In this document: positions 53,321-64,000 of the stretch, in pieces
Position numbering within the stretch: the stretch's first letter is position 1
Layout: each line of letters starts with the position of its first letter
DNA from: Octopus sinensis
Lineage: Eukaryota
Assembly: GCF_006345805.1 (NCBI RefSeq)
Contig: NC_043000.1
Coordinates: 155,186,001 to 155,250,000 of the forward strand
Reading direction: 5' to 3'
DNA length: 64,000 nucleotides
Notes under the pieces: model-generated
What the model saw: the letters and a program-made list of their open reading frames with translations, nothing else
Databases searched by the model: none
What the model was told of the DNA's origin: nothing
Translations under genes and position numbers: made by a program

Positions 53321-53764
53321 TCTTGTTAACAAATACATAACAATCAATGGTTCTGACAATGTCAAACTGCAAGCCTATGATTATTTATAACGTGTTACTG
53401 ATAGAATGCTGTATATATGGTTCAGTTATTGTTAGGGTTCACTGGCTAAATCTGTAGAACGTGAAAAGGAAACTATAGTAGAACAAAGCGAGCACTAGTA
53501 CCGGTTTCAACGAACCAGAAAAATGACCTATTTCAATAGAATATGAACTTAGAACGTGAACTGACGTAAAAAATACTATCCAGTGTTCTACCGGCTCTGC
53601 TATCCAATAAGTATAATGTCAATGAGGCTTTTTAACTTTAGCACACAGCCACAAATTATGAATTTAGTCAATTAAATCGGGAATCAATATATTACTGGAA
53701 CTTATTTATCATGTAGGCATGGATCAACTCAGGTGATATTGACATAAGAAAATGGAGCCACGAA

Positions 53765-53837
<73 letters not shown>

Positions 53838-53838
53838 T

Positions 53839-54314
53839 CAGTAGTTTTATTTTTATAGCGTGCTTTCACTTCATTACCGAGCGCAGCTCTGTGTGCCTTA
53901 GGTATGTGCTGTGATTTGTTGTGATGCTCTGATGGTTATTGTATGGAAAATGTTCTGCGTAGGATGTGTGCAGTGCCTAGTAGTGCAATTTTCTGTATGT
54001 TATATGTGTTTGTAAGTCCTGGTGTTTTTGTTATGTACTTGTCTGAATATTTTTTTATCATGCCTAATGCACCTACTATGATAGGAATTGTCTCTTTTTT
54101 AGATTCCACATTCTGGTTACCTCTATTTCCAGGTCTTTGTATTTTGAAAGTTTCTCCATTTCTTTTAGAGACACGTTGTCATCTGCCGGTATTGATACAT
54201 CAATTAGAAATCATTTTTTTTCTTCATGATCTCTGACAACTATATCTGGTCTGTTGGCCTTAATTTCTCTATCTGTGTGTATCGGCATATCCCAGAGTAT
54301 GATACTTTCTCATT
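53839..54314 (-). mobile_element. R4/Dong-type LINE family 1, 5'-truncated
   Basis: Near-identical to 31488-31970. ILWDMPIHTDREIKANRPDIVVRDH REL segment. (ATT)n on both sides. Confidence 0.9.
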
Positions 54315-54322
54315 ATTATTAC

Positions 54323-54382
<60 letters not shown>

Positions 54383-54498
54383 CATTATATTATTATTATT
54401 ATTATTATATTATTATTATTATTATTATCATTATTACTATTATTATTATTATTAATAATAATAATAAAATAATAATAATAATAATAATGATAATAATA

Positions 54499-54570
<72 letters not shown>

Positions 54571-54626
54571 GTAGTAGTAGTAGTAGCAGCAGCAGTAGTA
54601 GTAGCAGCAGCAGCAGCAGCAGCAAC

Positions 54627-54677
<51 letters not shown>
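54313..54677. repeat. (ATT)n, then (AAT)n, then (AGT/AGC)n microsatellite array
   Basis: Read directly. Orientation switches from ATT to AAT at about 54455. Confidence 0.95.
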
Positions 54678-54678
<1 letters not shown>

Positions 54679-55064
54679 CATTATTTATAGGTAAATCTAT
54701 TAAGAATTGATGAACGACCAGAACATAGAAATAGACAAAACGTGTTGGGAAAGTTCAAGAGCTCGTAAAAAGCGTTTCTTTTGGAAGACTAGAATATTTC
54801 CTGTTGTAAGTGCAGACACTCATACTGAGCTAGTCTTGTGCCAGAGAATCTTTCTTAAAGTCATTAAGAACTTTTACGCGTATACAATATTGCCGTTGCT
54901 AACGTCATTATTTAACAACTTTTGGTTCGCTGCCAACAAAGATCTGAATCACTCTCAGACATTTCAGTGGAGCTTATCGGACTAGCAGATGTGACATTTA
55001 GCTTCTTTATTGTTGTACCATTTACATTTCCAAGGAATCAAAATTGATGACACACATTTAACAT

Positions 55065-55406
55065 TTAGGCAAATGGGTAAAGACCCCCTTCGGTCATGAA
55101 TGACCATGGGATTGCACCGAGAAAGTTACCCTCCTAGACACAAGTCCGGGCAAGGTTGTTTATGGAAGACCAGCAGTCGCCCATGCATACCAGCCTCCCC
55201 TCTCCACGCCACCAGTGTTATCCAAGGGAAAGACAAAGGTCGATACAGCTTGGCACCAGTGACGTCGCAACTCATTTCTACAGCTGAGTGAACTGAAGCA
55301 ACGTGAAAATAAAGTGCCTTGCTCAAGAACACAACACGCAGCCCGGTCCGGGATTCGAGCTTACAACCTCACGATCGTAAGCTCGACGCTCTAACCACTG
55401 AGCCAT
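55065..55406 (-). mobile_element. tRNA-derived SINE family C
   Basis: Head ATGGCTCAGTGGTTAGAGCGTCGAGCTTACGATCGTGAGGTTGTAAGCTCGAATCCC (A and B boxes), then TTCTTGAGCAAGGCACTT central motif and a LINE-like 3' part. Confidence 0.85.
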
Positions 55407-55747
55407 ATGACAGCTAAAATATCTAATAATGTTTTTAAGAGATTAAGGGTAGAAACCACCCATCTGCTTAGCCTTGATTGATTTCCTTAAGAAAACCTAC
55501 TTTTTCGATGTAAATAATATTGCACATTTTTACTGCATTCTAAACGCTCTACTTGCAAATATATTTAAACTTCCATTTATTTTTTGTTGAATATATCTAT
55601 GCCTACACGCCTTCTATGCATGTTGAAATACTCTTTCTAGATGGCTAGGTAGTAAAGGCTTTGCAACAGTTATATATGAGCATCTAAGCAGATGTGGAGA
55701 TGTGTATATCACTACTAACGCTCTTTAAAACACGAATGTATTCTGTT

Positions 55748-55778
<31 letters not shown>

Positions 55779-55914
55779 GCGTGCGTCTGAACGCTTCCGT
55801 GTTGTTTGACTTTGTAACACATAGTAATTGAGACAATTTTCTTCACGTGTAAACATTTTACACACTGTGACACTCGTTCCTACGAATAGACACATACTCA
55901 CACATATGCACTTA

Positions 55915-55968
<54 letters not shown>

Positions 55969-55970
55969 AC

Positions 55971-56150
55971 CGGAGTAAACACATAAATGTGAAACAAAGT
56001 GGAAAAAAGAGTACTCAAATACCAGTGGTAGAGTAATATGCTTTATTTAAAGCAGCAGAAAATTCAACAAAACCTGTTACTCTGAGTTGCAACGGGAAAC
56101 TCAGAGTAACAGGTTTTGTTGAATTTTCTGCTGCTTTAAATAAAGTATAT
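55971..56150. repeat. 53-bp-arm hairpin with a 65-bp one-sided lead in (TA)n
   Basis: Arms at 56036-56088 and 56098-56150, one G/T mismatch, 9-nt loop GCAACGGGA. Confidence 0.92.
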
Positions 56151-56654
56151 ATATATAATATATATATATATATAATATATATATATATATACGCGGGTGT
56201 GTGTGTCTGTGTGTCTGTGTGTCTGTGTGTATGTGTGTGTGTATGTGCATACATACACACACATACACACGCATATAACTACACATTTAAACATAGTAAT
56301 TACACTACATTATTACTGAAGGAATGAATAGGGATGTAGCGAGTGAATGTTAGCGCATTAGAATGATGAATGAAAAGAAAAGAAAATCTCATTCTGAATT
56401 AGGAACTAAACAGAGTTTCCCGTTGTCATTGTACACTCTCAACAGACTACGACTACTGGTCGGAGATGGTATCTGGCCTCGTGATAGAATTATCCTAATC
56501 CCCGCGAAAGTTATCAAATACATTGCCTGAGGCATAAGTATACACTACACATTTCCGATCTATCATCAGACAAGTATCGATTTTATAAAGCTGCCCCATA
56601 TAGTGTAATAGAGTGCTGAGGAAAAGAGGTTTGAACGGCAATATAATATCTATG

Positions 56655-56739
<85 letters not shown>

Positions 56740-56740
56740 C

Positions 56741-56775
<35 letters not shown>

Positions 56776-56945
56776 ATGTATATATATATATATGTATATA
56801 TATACATATATACATACATATGTATATATGTGCATATATATATATATATGTATATATATATGTGTGTGAGTGTATGTATGTGTGTATGTGTGTTTGCACG
56901 TATGTATCTGTATACATATAAACGCATAGATATATATACTTGTGA

Positions 56946-56993
<48 letters not shown>

Positions 56994-57297
56994 TGTATGT
57001 ATGTTTATGGTTCCGGCTCATCAGTCAGCTGTAGGAATGGGTTATGTTTATGTGTGATATCTAAATTTACTCTTGTGTCTAAGTAGTTAGCTATTTTCAG
57101 ATTACTGTTTCTCGGATGATATCCAATATTTCCGTGTTATCATAGCTACTGGTCGATACATCGAAAATATCGCTTCCGTATTTTTTTCTACTACCACCTG
57201 TCCTAATAAAGCAGATAATTTCAGTGCTTTGTGATTATCTTTGATGGTCCTGCTGCTTTCACTACCTGTTTTTAGTCGCATTATTTTTATTTCAAGT

Positions 57298-57930
57298 AAG
57301 GTGGTGAGTTAGTAGAATCGTTAGCACACCGGGGGAAATGCTTATCGGCATTTCATCTGCCGCTACATCCTGAGTTCAAATTCCGCCGAGGTCGACTTTG
57401 CCTTTCATCCTTTCGGGGTCGTTAAATAATTGCCAGTTACGCACTGGGGTTGATATAATCGACTTAATCCGTTTATCTGTCCTTGTTTGTCCCCCCTGTG
57501 TTTAGCCCCTTGTGGGTAATAAAGAAATAGAAATAGGTATTTCATCTGTCTTTTACGTTATGAGTTCAAAATCCGCTGAGGTCGACTTTGCTTTTCATTC
57601 GTTGGTGGTTGATTAAATAATTACCAGTTACGCACTGGGATCGATGAAATCGACTGTCCCCTTGACCCAAATTTCAGGCCTTGCGCCTTTAGTAGAAAGG
57701 ATTACTTTTACTTGGAGTAAGGCGGTGAGCTAGCTGAATCGTTAGCATACTGGGCAAAATACTTAGCGGTATGTCATCCAACTTTACATTCTGTGTTCAA
57801 ATTCCACCATGGTCGACTTTGCCTTTCATCTTTTTGGGGTTGATAAAAGAAATACCAGTCTAACACTGGGATAGATTTAATTGACTTTCCCTCCCCTCAA
57901 AACTGGTGGTCCCATGTCAAAATGTGAAAC
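57298..57930 (+). mobile_element. SINE family A dimer (tail type 2) followed by a monomer (tail type 1)
   Basis: Heads at about 57298 and 57719. Second unit starts after AAAGAAATAGAAATAGGT at about 57536. Confidence 0.85.
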
Positions 57931-58014
57931 CCATATTTTTCCTTGATGCTGTTATTTTGTTTATATTGCTTCATAATTGTTGATATGTGCGTGTATGCGG
58001 CAGAAATTCTAGAT

Positions 58015-58375
58015 CAGTGGTTCACAACAAGGGTCCATATTGCTCCCGAAGGTCCATATAATATTATTAGGAGTTCACGCAACAAAATCGTAAATTGGGG
58101 ATCCACAGTAGTATTTTACAATCCCTGAAAAAATTTGTTTTAGATGTATTTATAGCAAGAAACAGTTCAGTTTCTTTCTCTAATATTTTACATAGTTCAA
58201 CCTACACAAATTAATGTGTGGAAAACAAAATAGGAATCTTGGAAAAAGATTCTGTAATTATAGTTTTTAAACAAGTTTTATAGACTATAGGTTTATCAAA
58301 TGGCTAAGGAAGTCCACCACAATAAAATGGTAATCAAAGGGGCCCAAAGACGAAAAGAAACATTGATAGCCACTC
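58015..58375. mobile_element. hAT/Charlie-type MITE, diverged
   Basis: Ends CAGTGGTTCACAAC...ATTGATAGCCACTC. 8-bp flanks TTCTAGAT and TGCTAGAG fit the NTCTAGAN target preference (6/8 match). Confidence 0.5.
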
Positions 58376-58521
58376 TGCTAGAGAAATGGAGATTGGATAT
58401 CAACGGTACGTATGTGCTTTGGATAAAAAACTATTTAGTCCTTTTGTTCCTTTCAGGAATCCCTCACGTTTTCATCCAAATCCTGACTACCTTCATTTTT
58501 CTTAATGCATACATACATACA

Positions 58522-58555
<34 letters not shown>

Positions 58556-58579
58556 CATACATACATTTATATATATATA

Positions 58580-58617
<38 letters not shown>

Positions 58618-58625
<8 letters not shown>

Positions 58626-58810
58626 ATGTTTCGGAATGGTCATATTGCCAGTTTAGCCAATAAAAACACACGCACTATATATTTGGTGTTATTTTGCTTC
58701 AGTGATATTTATTTTTTACATTAATCTTAATATGACCATTCCGAAATATAACAATATCTGTTTCAACACACGACTTCACATAAAAAATCGTGCACAACAA
58801 ATATTTAAAC

Positions 58811-58811
<1 letters not shown>
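58618..58811. repeat. 29-bp inverted repeat with an 82-bp spacer and a one-sided tail in (TA)n
   Basis: ATATTGTTATGTTTCGGAATGGTCATATT (58618-58646) versus AATATGACCATTCCGAAATATAACAATAT (58729-58757), one mismatch. Confidence 0.85.
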
Positions 58812-58870
<59 letters not shown>

Positions 58871-58955
58871 TAATGAGGGTGATAAATTGAATATTAATTT
58901 AACATCAATTTAAAATCACTAGCCTAGCATGTAGAAAAATCAAATAATTCAAATG

Positions 58956-58993
<38 letters not shown>

Positions 58994-59025
58994 TTATTTA
59001 TATATATGTATATGTATAAATAAAG

Positions 59026-59071
<46 letters not shown>

Positions 59072-60173
59072 TTATTTATATATATATATATGTTATATTA
59101 TATTAATACGTACCATATTCCCCCTTTGGATCTATGTCCAGAATGTAGGACATAGACGATCATGTCCTCGTACAATTCTCTCTGTTGTTTTCTATAACAG
59201 TTATACGTAGATAAAGAGTCTGCGCGTTTAACTATATTTTATATGAGAAAATACGTTTTACGTATAGGAATATATATTTCATGTGTTTCTACATGTTTGT
59301 ACAAACGCTTACAATGCGGAAAAATCTGAGATGTATTGAATGAACTCGTGTTAATTGCCAACTTTCCTCTGCTGTGTCAGTATTGATTGATTGGTTTTTC
59401 ATTGTTACTTTTAGGTTTGTTTCAGAACAGCTGTCAGGAACAATTCTATATTCATTAATCTATGTATTCTTCAGATATCCACAACTGTGGCATCTTACAG
59501 CCGAAACAAATCGGCGGTGAGGAAACCACCAGACAAAGCACGAACACTCGATGTTTTGAAGTATTTGGTTTCAAAGTAATATTTTTGCACTTATGTACTG
59601 GGTTCCATATACAGAAATATAATCAAATAATTTTTTGAAAGAAATCATATTCGCCTCAAAATGACTGGTGTGATATTTACAAGAAAATAACTTTTCATTA
59701 ATGGCGATTCTGTTAAGACGGAAATATAAATAAATGAACCAAAATAGGAAAAGAAATAATCTATTAGTAGGTTATTTATGTATTTCTAGAAGTTGGAGTT
59801 GGAAGAAGAAAAGATACATAGAGTATAAAAGTAATATATAGGAATAGAAAGGAAAACAAATACTTCCTGTTAATATAATACGAACACTTTTCTTTGGTAT
59901 ACTTTACGTATTACCTTGTGAAAGTAAATTGAATGAGTTGATGGAGAAATTAGTTTGACTGTAACATATTCACTAGTTTATAATTTATTCCTATGGGGGT
60001 AGCTTATGTAGGTGGAAGAGAAATTGTATAATTTAATTTCAATTGTAGTTACCATGAGAGGTTAAATGTAATTAAAAATATTGTATTACTTGTGAAACCG
60101 GTGAAACACCAAAATTGATAAAATACATACTCCCATTAATATTCAGAAAATGATGTTCTTTTATTATTATTAT

Positions 60174-60510
60174 TTTTTTCTTCTTTCAAATTTGCTTCCA
60201 TTTCTTGCCGAGTGTCTTCCCGACTCCTAGGGCAAAGAAACTCATAGTATACATTGGTAGGCCATTAAACTAAACTCAATAGTTCGTCCTTTTTTTTTTT
60301 CAAGTTAAATTAAAATACATGGGTAGTAATAGTTCTCACATCGACAATGCTCTTCTCAATACGTGTGATGTACCAGTTAAGACAATCTTTTGCACTTCTT
60401 GTAGGGATGGTAAGCCAGGGATCATTCTCATATAATTTTCGGTTCCCTTCTTGATCATTCCTAGTGCTCCTACGATCACTGGTATTGTAACCGCCTTGAG
60501 ATGCCACATT
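60174..60510 (-). mobile_element. R4/Dong-type LINE family 2, 5'-truncated
   Basis: MWHLKAVTIPVIVGALGMIKKGTENYMRMIPGLPSLQEVQKIVLTGTSHVLRRALSM* is homologous to the family 1 C-terminus but has a different 3' UTR. (ATT)n on both sides. Confidence 0.85.
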
Positions 60511-60542
<32 letters not shown>

Positions 60543-60604
60543 CATTATTATTATTAATATTATTATTATTATTATAATTATTATTATTAATATTATAATT
60601 ATCC

Positions 60605-60693
<89 letters not shown>

Positions 60694-61814
60694 GAAGTAC
60701 AACTGTTTAGAATTTGTGTTGCTAATTCCCATCGTTGAACGATCATTATAGATTTAGTTTTCATAGATGGTGGCAGAGAAATCCTTTCATCAAATTATAC
60801 GGTAGAACTTGAGATGAACACAGCGTGTTCGTGAAATATAAGTGGAATATAAGGTAATGATGTTACATATTGAGGTGAGGTATATCTACTAATGGCATTT
60901 AAATATGTAGTAAGTAGTTTGAGTAATTTAATGCAAAATAGTTTGGCCTTGGATGCAAAGATCCTTGCGTCTGGCAACCTAAAGAGATCGAATGTGCGCG
61001 TTTGCATGTTTAACATGTGCATGTGTTTATGCATAATTGTAAATAAAGTGGAGAGAACATTGCATAAAACAACAGCATTGTTTTAATTAAAATGAAGAAT
61101 CTTAACGGTAAAGAAATCAACTCTAAGTTGTTAACTGAAAGTTCCGAAAACCAGTACGCCGTTTAGATAGCAAGACGCCGGACCATGTTGTATACTTGTG
61201 AAAATTCCTTACACTAGAAATATATTTTAAGTCAAGAGTTAGAAATGAAAATGAATTGACAACCATACTTTCTAAAACGCATAATTCATATTATTTAAAT
61301 AACGGGACTTCTAAGAATGGAGAATTTCAATGTCATTGCTGTTGTTCTTGCACGAAAGAATAACTGATCGGAGGATATTATACGGGTATCGTGTTTGAGA
61401 CATTCTATGGATAACTGGAGCGGGAATGAAACTGAATGAAATCGAATGTGCATTAATTACTGGTTTCATATTGCAGGAACCGTCTTTAAAAAGAAAGGTA
61501 GCAGAGCATGATTACAACCAATCGGTGGGAGTTTGGGCTGTAATATATTGATTATCGAATGTCCGAGTGTGAACTAATTACGCCCGTTCATTATACCAAC
61601 AGTACTATAATTATAACTGCACTTATGACATGTGAAGAATGTCCTCGCCTACTAACGAAGCTTCGTCTGTATGCAGATGTAAAACGGCTGCTGGCGAAGA
61701 ATCTAAAAGTCCATTTGAAGATGAAATGTAATCTAAGCCTTAAGACAAAACCAATATTATAAGTAATACAAGTTTCTTATAGATTTCTAAAAAAATTCAT
61801 CAGCAGAAAAACGC

Positions 61815-61898
61815 TTCCACAGGTATATATGGACTTCCAATTAAATCCTGGCACGATTCCACAGGTATATATGGACTTCCAATTAAACCCTGGCACGA
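61815..61898. repeat. 42-bp direct tandem duplication
   Basis: TTCCACAGGTATATATGGACTTCCAATTAAA(T/C)CCTGGCACGA twice, one mismatch. Confidence 0.95.
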
Positions 61899-62656
61899 AA
61901 GTGACTTCCTACGACTGTTGTAGGTAAGCGGTAACTGTTCAGAGCTAAAGTAGTATCTGCAACCGAAGAGAAAGTTTAGCCTTTCTTCTTCAGCGTTGGT
62001 TCTAGTACAGATATTCATTTGCCATCGACGACCATCTGAGGGGGTAAAAATCTGTCATTTATAAAGAATATGGAAGTTTTGAATCAATATTGCCTCTGGG
62101 TTTACTTAAAATAGATATGTTTATATATATATATATTTGTGCATAAGCTTAATAATGCGAATGGTTGTGTTTGTATTTGAACAACTGATATAGCTTCTAG
62201 AATGAAAGAAACTGTTAACAGAAGATTGAAATGAAAATGTCAACAACTGCAGGCTTCTTCTTCATTGTAACGAAATGTAAGTCGGTGTTATGTAGGTTTA
62301 TCAAAATATAAAAACTGAAAGTGACAAGTATTGTTGAGAGGCTGGCAAGTATTTAGTTAGAAAGATATATAACTAAAGGATAGAGATCAACAACGTGCAC
62401 TGGAAGTGAAAAGGTAGGTACACACACAAACACACACACACAGGTTCACGCGATAGTAATGACATAGATAAGCACCAAATTATTTAAATTCTAAAATGCT
62501 CAAATTATTAAATTTCAACTTCTTAATTAGGGTAAATTAGTTCAGAGGAACAAAAGTTAGCTACAAGTAATACAAAACTCGGGCGAGTAACAGAGAGGGA
62601 AGTTGGGTAAGCAATTATGGAAGGAATTCATTCAATTGAGATGTTACAGATATATT

Positions 62657-62871
62657 GATTTCAAATTTTGGCACCAGACCAGCAATTTCGGAGGAGGGAG
62701 CAAGTCGATTATATCAACCCTGGTGCTCAACTGGTACTTGTTTTATTGTTTCCGAAAAGATGAGAGGCCAAAGCGATCTTGGCAGAATTTCAACACAGAA
62801 CGTAAAGACGACATGAAATGACACTAAGAATTTTGCCCTCCGTAGTAACGATTCTGCCAGCTTGCCGCCTT
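62657..62871 (-). mobile_element. SINE family A monomer, diverged
   Basis: Head AAGGCGGCAAGCTGGCAGAATCG, tail GTGCCAAAATTTGAAATC. Degenerate 16-bp TSD (14/16 match). Confidence 0.8.
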
Positions 62872-63048
62872 AATGTGACATATATATTACAAGATAAGCA
62901 TTAATCTTTACAGCTGTTTCAAACCTTCAACGACCAGTTGATATTACAATGCATATTATGCAAACAAGTATACATAATGTGGGAATATTACAAAAAGAAA
63001 TATGCGACAATTCGTATGAAGTTTAAAAGAAGAGTTTCTTCAAGTAGG

Positions 63049-63082
<34 letters not shown>

Positions 63083-63740
63083 GTGAGTGTGTGTGTGACT
63101 GTGTGTATATGTAAGTATGTGTTCGTGTGTATGTGTGCTTGTGTATATGTGTGCATGTGTATATGTGTGTATGCGTGCGTGTGCGTGCACGTGCATGTGT
63201 ATGTATGTGTATGTGTGTGTCTGTTACCCATGTTTCATGTATATAAACAAAAATACGACTGATAGGCGAGAAATCAATTACTGGACGGATACAAGAATAC
63301 ACGATATGAGCAAACTACAGACCTTCCGATCTAAAATATAGAATATGCTAAGCGAATGAAACAATGGAATTAATTTATACAAGTTAGAAGAGAATGTACT
63401 GACGTGTACGTTTCGATTTTCGATGTTATCAAACAAACATCAGGGTTTAATTCGTGAGCGCATAGTTATGAGTTTGGGAATCTTATATTAGAAGTTTTTA
63501 AATCAGTTTTAATGCTAATGTATAAATTTGAAAACATGTATATAGAGAAGAAAGAATATACCTATATATACAGAGAAAAGAAACAAAAAAAGAAGAAACG
63601 GAAAAATAATGATGAAGAAATATACATAATTAGCAAACCTGTCGGGCGGCTTTTAAGCTGACTCCTGTGGAGGACTCATCATTGGGCCTTGGGCCCAACA
63701 ATGACACTTCATGCATTGAGTACATATTAAATTTTATTTA

Positions 63741-63948
63741 ACTTTACTCTTTTACTCTTTTACTCTTTTACTCTTTTACTTGTTTTAGTCATTTGACTGC
63801 GGCCATGCTGGAGCACCACTTTTAATCGACCACTTGGTCGGCCCGAGGCTATAGTATAAGACACTTGCCCAAGGTGCCACGCAGTGGGACTGAACCCGGA
63901 ACCGTGTGGTTGGTAAGCAAGCTACTTACCACACAGCTACTCCTGCGC
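63741..63948 (-). mobile_element. SINE family B with internal deletion and (TAAAAGAG)n tail
   Basis: Head GCGCAGGAGTAGCTGTGTGGTAAG is joined directly to GTGGTGCTCCAGCATGGCCGC, so the linker is missing. Confidence 0.85.
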
Positions 63949-64000
63949 TCTTGACCAATATTTTTCAAGCAATGAACAATTTTCATTATAACAATGATAT

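Noticed and set aside
55330-55406. tRNA-like sequence as a functional tRNA gene
   Set aside because: The acceptor stem is incomplete and the sequence continues into a SINE body, so it is a SINE head.
56540-56585. Minus-strand CTGATGA-TAGATCG-GAAA hammerhead-like core
   Set aside because: Stem II does not pair and stem I has no complement, so it is likely chance.

Overview
Eukaryotic, AT-rich DNA saturated with microsatellites and transposon relics. The SINE families and repeat landscape look to me like a coleoid cephalopod, probably Octopus (recognition only, no database search). I cannot identify any host protein-coding gene, rRNA, intact tRNA, CRISPR array or prokaryotic system, and most listed ORFs are translated microsatellites. 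The main contents are: (1) an internally deleted CR1-group LINE at about 33.3-36.4 kb whose intact ORF1 joins a Myb/SANT trihelix-like domain to tandem CCCH fingers; (2) seven fragments of R4/Dong-type LINEs with a restriction-like endonuclease (REL), from about three families, lying in (AAT)n arrays or, for one family, in (CATA)n; (3) RTE, Tx1/L1 and CR1 3' fragments; (4) mariner, maT-like, pogo-like and hAT relics; (5) two Helitron and two Helentron/HINE non-autonomous copies; (6) four tRNA-derived SINE families, one forming 184-bp head-to-tail concatemers bounded by single target-site duplications (TSDs); (7) a recurring class of unrelated hairpin-plus-one-sided-tail inserts in (TA)n arrays, one tandemly duplicated. 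The best leads for new biology are the Myb/SANT-CCCH ORF1, the (CATA)n-flanked REL LINE, the SINE concatemers and the hairpin-tail inserts. All are transposon biology and need database checks before being called new.
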